This document shows, one piece after another, positions 61,042 through 64,000 of a stretch of DNA of 64,000 bases (its first letter is position 1; each line of letters begins with the position of its first letter). Below the pieces are notes generated by a model. That model did not search any database. It was not told where the DNA came from and worked only from the letters and a program-made list of their open reading frames with translations. Source of the DNA: Zancudomyces culisetae HAW-14-8 (taxonomy: Eukaryota; Fungi; Kickxellomycota); contig JBNJNM010000021.1 in assembly GCA_052426225.1 (NCBI GenBank), positions 3,224,001 through 3,288,000 of the forward strand. The letters are read 5' to 3'. The position numbers were made by a program, and so were the translations under genes.

Positions 61042-62133
61042 ATGCTGAAGCAAGTGTTATTATCAGGAAAGGGCTCAACCTTGTTATGCCCCAAAATCTT
61101 TGTGCCAAAAATCCAATCTCGAGTTTACCACAGATACAATCTCGAAAAAAATATCGAGTCGCGTTCAAATCTGCGACACTTTTTGACTCTTCAAGAATAC
61201 TCGGGCGAAGAAATCATCAATCTTGTAGATAACTCTGCAAAACTCAAAGCTACTCATCCAAAAAATCCCAGAATTCTTGAGGGAAAAACAATTGCAATGA
61301 TGTTCAGTAAACGATCTACAAGAACCAGAGTGGCAACTGAAACAGCAATGGCCAATTTGGGTGGATCAAGTCTATTTTTAGGAAAAGACGATATACAGTT
61401 GGGTGTGAATGAGAGCCTTAAAGATACTAGCATAGTGGTAAGTAGTATGGCTGATTGTATAATGGCCAGAGTTAATGGGCACAAGGATATTGTGGAATTT
61501 GCAAAATACTCAAGTGTTCCAGTAATAAACGCACTAAGCGATCGGTTCCACCCAACACAGATATTGGCAGATCTACTAACCATCAAAGAGCACTTTGGTG
61601 GCAGTAGCAAAAATGTTGCAGACACGAAAAATTTGTTCAATGGTATGGTGTTTAGTTGGGTAGGCGATTCTAATAATATATTGTACGAAATGATGGTATC
61701 GCTACCCAAACTTGGAATCTCACTGAATATCAGTACGCCAAAAGCACATCCAGTTCCCAAAGATATCTTGGAATATGCAAACCAGTCAAAACTAAACAAA
61801 GATACAAAGATTACATTATGTGGATCACCAACTGAGGCAATACACAGTAGTAACGTTATAGTGACAGATACTTGGATAAGTATGGGTATGGAAAGCGAAA
61901 AGAAGCAACGACTGAAAGATTTCGAAGGATACAAGATTACAATGGACATGATTAACAAGGCAGGACCCAGAGAAAACTGGGTGTTTATGCACTGTCTACC
62001 ACGAAAGCAAGAGGAAGTGGACGATGAAGTTTTTTACAGTAAAAAGCATAGTTTGGTATTCCAAGAGGCAGAGAACCGTAAATGGACAATTATGTCAGTT
62101 TTACAGTATCTTTTATCTTCCAAAAACCAGTAA
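61042..62133 (+). CDS. ARG3: Ornithine carbamoyltransferase, probably mitochondrial
   Basis: FSKRSTRTR, HPTQILADL, WVGDSNN, TDTWISMG, FMHCLPR, EAENRKW. ATG at 61042 with a basic presequence. Confidence 0.96.
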   Translation: MLKQVLLSGKGSTLLCPKIFVPKIQSRVYHRYNLEKNIESRSNLRHFLTLQEYSGEEIINLVDNSAKLKATHPKNPRILEGKTIAMMFSKRSTRTRVATETAMANLGGSSLFLGKDDIQLGVNESLKDTSIVVSSMADCIMARVNGHKDIVEFAKYSSVPVINALSDRFHPTQILADLLTIKEHFGGSSKNVADTKNLFNGMVFSWVGDSNNILYEMMVSLPKLGISLNISTPKAHPVPKDILEYANQSKLNKDTKITLCGSPTEAIHSSNVIVTDTWISMGMESEKKQRLKDFEGYKITMDMINKAGPRENWVFMHCLPRKQEEVDDEVFYSKKHSLVFQEAENRKWTIMSVLQYLLSSKNQ

Positions 62134-62485
62134 AAAAGTTTGTTCAAACACATATTTTTTGATGTGAAGCAGTCAGCTTTAGTTTTGCATTTTTATGAAT
62201 AAAAAAGTCACAGTATCATGATGAAGTATAGCGTAAAATTATAGCTAGAAATACACACGATGCAAGCTAGAAAGTCTGAATGGTATTAGTTGCTTTTTAT
62301 GTGCTGTAAAACAATCGATCTCATAATTTTAAATCATTTTTTTTTATTCAAGTTTGTTCATGGCTGTAAAAAAAAGTGGATGAAGGTAATGTAACTATTT
62401 CAACATCCCAATAGCTTTATTATTTTTTTTTTATAGGCAAGGCACATAGAAATCAAGTAGAAATCAACAGAAGGTAAGAAAAAAA

Positions 62486-64000
62486 ATGGGAGTTCAGCAA
62501 CGGAATCCAGTTATAGATTCAGCGGAGTTTATATGCAAGGTAAAGTTTCAGTAGTTAGGAATGTAAAATCAACTCACCAGAAAAATAGACAAAGTGTGAA
62601 TGTATATTTTATTCTTGGTTTGATTATGTGTGCTTTAACCATTACGAAACCCGAGTATCTAGTATTGTCAATAAATTTAGATACATTTTTTATTTTCACT
62701 TGTTTTATCTTTTTATACTTTATCATCAGAATAGTGAGAATGTTCGAATCGTCGAAGAAAATATCGAAAAGGCATCATTGAAGGTAAGTGTGAACGGGAA
62801 ATAAAAAAAAGATATAAAAAAACAAACTGAAGTGGTCTGGATTTATCAATCCTGGGAGATTATGAAAACTTGTATCATATACCAAGCAAGACAATGTCAT
62901 GGCATAAACATTTCAATTACAAGGTGAGCTGTGGTAAAATAAAACTAGATACTCGATGGATTTAAAAAGCAAAGGTATTCTGCAGAAACATGGAAATCAC
63001 ACGAATTGAACCCCAAGGAGTGTGGTAGTGAGGCTATTGAATGGTAATGTATAAAGCGATTAAACATTTGGTACAGATAGTAAAATATATATGTAGACAA
63101 GCCAAAGATGTTGAATTATAGGTAAATATAAATTAGGATATTTGTGGTTGATGCATTGAACTTTTGCTTTTGGAGCAATGAGGGGGTAAAACGGCCTAAA
63201 AAGGAGACGGATGCAGAGAATAGCAAGAGAGGATACAACGAAAGTGAGTCGAAAAAGAAGTACACTGTAACATTTGAAGGGAAACGCTATCAGGGATACT
63301 GGACGCTGTGTGCTTGCATTAATCGAGGTAACTACTATAAATGTTTTAAAAATTTCTTTGTTCAGTAGTATGCTTCATGCTGATGTATATGTATATGTCT
63401 ATGTATATGTATACTAAAAACAATACATAAATCAATGACATTAAATAGCCCTAAAAAGTGGAATTAAAATAACAGATGCAAACTATTACTCAAAGATAAC
63501 GCTTCAGGAACTACAACAAATATTTATGGGAGATGAAGGAGACCAAGAGATGGAGCAGATTCAAATGTTAGAGGAAAGATTGCGGGTTCTTCATGAAATG
63601 GGAACGGTATTAGTTGAGAAATATGGAGGAAAATTCAGTAATGTAGTAATAGAGGCGGGTGGATCTGCGCAAAAACTACTAGAGCTGATATTAATGGATT
63701 TTGGGTCATGCTTCCGGGATGCTTGTGAATACAAAGGGAGGACAGTAATGTTTAACAAGCGGGCACAGATACTTGTGGCGGATATTTGGGCAAGTGGTAA
63801 CCTGGGGTTGCGGAAACAAAAGCCAGGAGAAGAGAGTGAGGTGGAAGGAAATGCAGGAGATGACATCGAATACATAACAATGTTTGCAGACTATCGAGTT
63901 CCCCAAATACTTGTGGGACTAGGAGTGATGGAATACTCTGAAAGACTACTTCAACGTTTGAATGACAAAATAACTATGGAAAATGGGGATGAGATGGAAG
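62486..64000 (+). CDS. QNG1: Queuosine salvage protein (DUF2419/C9orf64), 3' end beyond the window. Exons 62486-62539, 62730-62783, 62949-63043, 63137-63327, 63449->64000
   Basis: Manual splicing gives NPVIDSAEFICK/NSENVRI.../W..HELNP...W/IFVVDALNFCFWS...GYWTLCACINR/AL...FRD...KRAQILVADIW...TMFADYRVPQIL, diagnostic of the family. Confidence 0.92.

Noticed and set aside
1250-61958. Long antisense ORFs (1250-1753, 1834-2547, 42492-43046, 43352-43966, 53258-53659, 61254-61958 and others)
   Set aside because: They are shadows or alternate frames of well-supported genes, with no independent motifs.
62214-62286. Possible C/D snoRNA (ATGATGA...CTGA)
   Set aside because: Weak terminal stem and no rRNA-complementary guide that I could recognise.
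1-64000. tRNA-Sec, SECIS elements or an in-frame-UGA selenoprotein near PSTK
   Set aside because: A manual scan found no convincing cloverleaf, SECIS core or CxxU/UxxC reading frame. A by-eye search is insensitive, so Secmarker and SECISearch are needed.

Overview
AT-rich eukaryotic (fungal) genomic DNA with short GT-AG introns. I found no rRNA, tRNA, CRISPR or intact transposon. The left ~45 kb is a housekeeping block: U2A' (partial), TCP1/CCT-alpha, TMEM198/DUF4203-like protein, a disordered orphan, HAP3/NF-YB, PSTK, ZPR1, PP2A catalytic subunit, a catalytically dead trypsin-fold surface protein, a mitochondrial-type RRM protein, a PMT2-type mannosyltransferase, ALDH7A1, a head-to-head PCCA/PCCB pair, TPX2 and DHH1. 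46.7-59.3 kb is a surface-protein island: four paralogous 8-Cys, Ser/Thr-rich GPI-type proteins, an acidic degenerate HMG-box ORF and two tandem DPBB/expansin-like proteins. ARG3/OTC and a partial queuine-salvage gene (QNG1/DUF2419) end the window. PSTK (selenocysteine machinery), propionyl-CoA carboxylase and TPX2 point to an early-diverging fungus, plausibly an insect-gut Harpellales species (inference, not proven). Best leads: the divergent PCCA/PCCB module with a symmetric CCAAT/CRE-like element between the genes, fungal PSTK, the 8-Cys GPI family island, TPX2 with an Aurora-binding N-terminus hidden in a small exon, the triple-dead protease, the acidic HMG box, and a candidate ~85-nt structured RNA at 16.7 kb. 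Exon boundaries were derived by hand and family calls come from motif recognition, not database searches.
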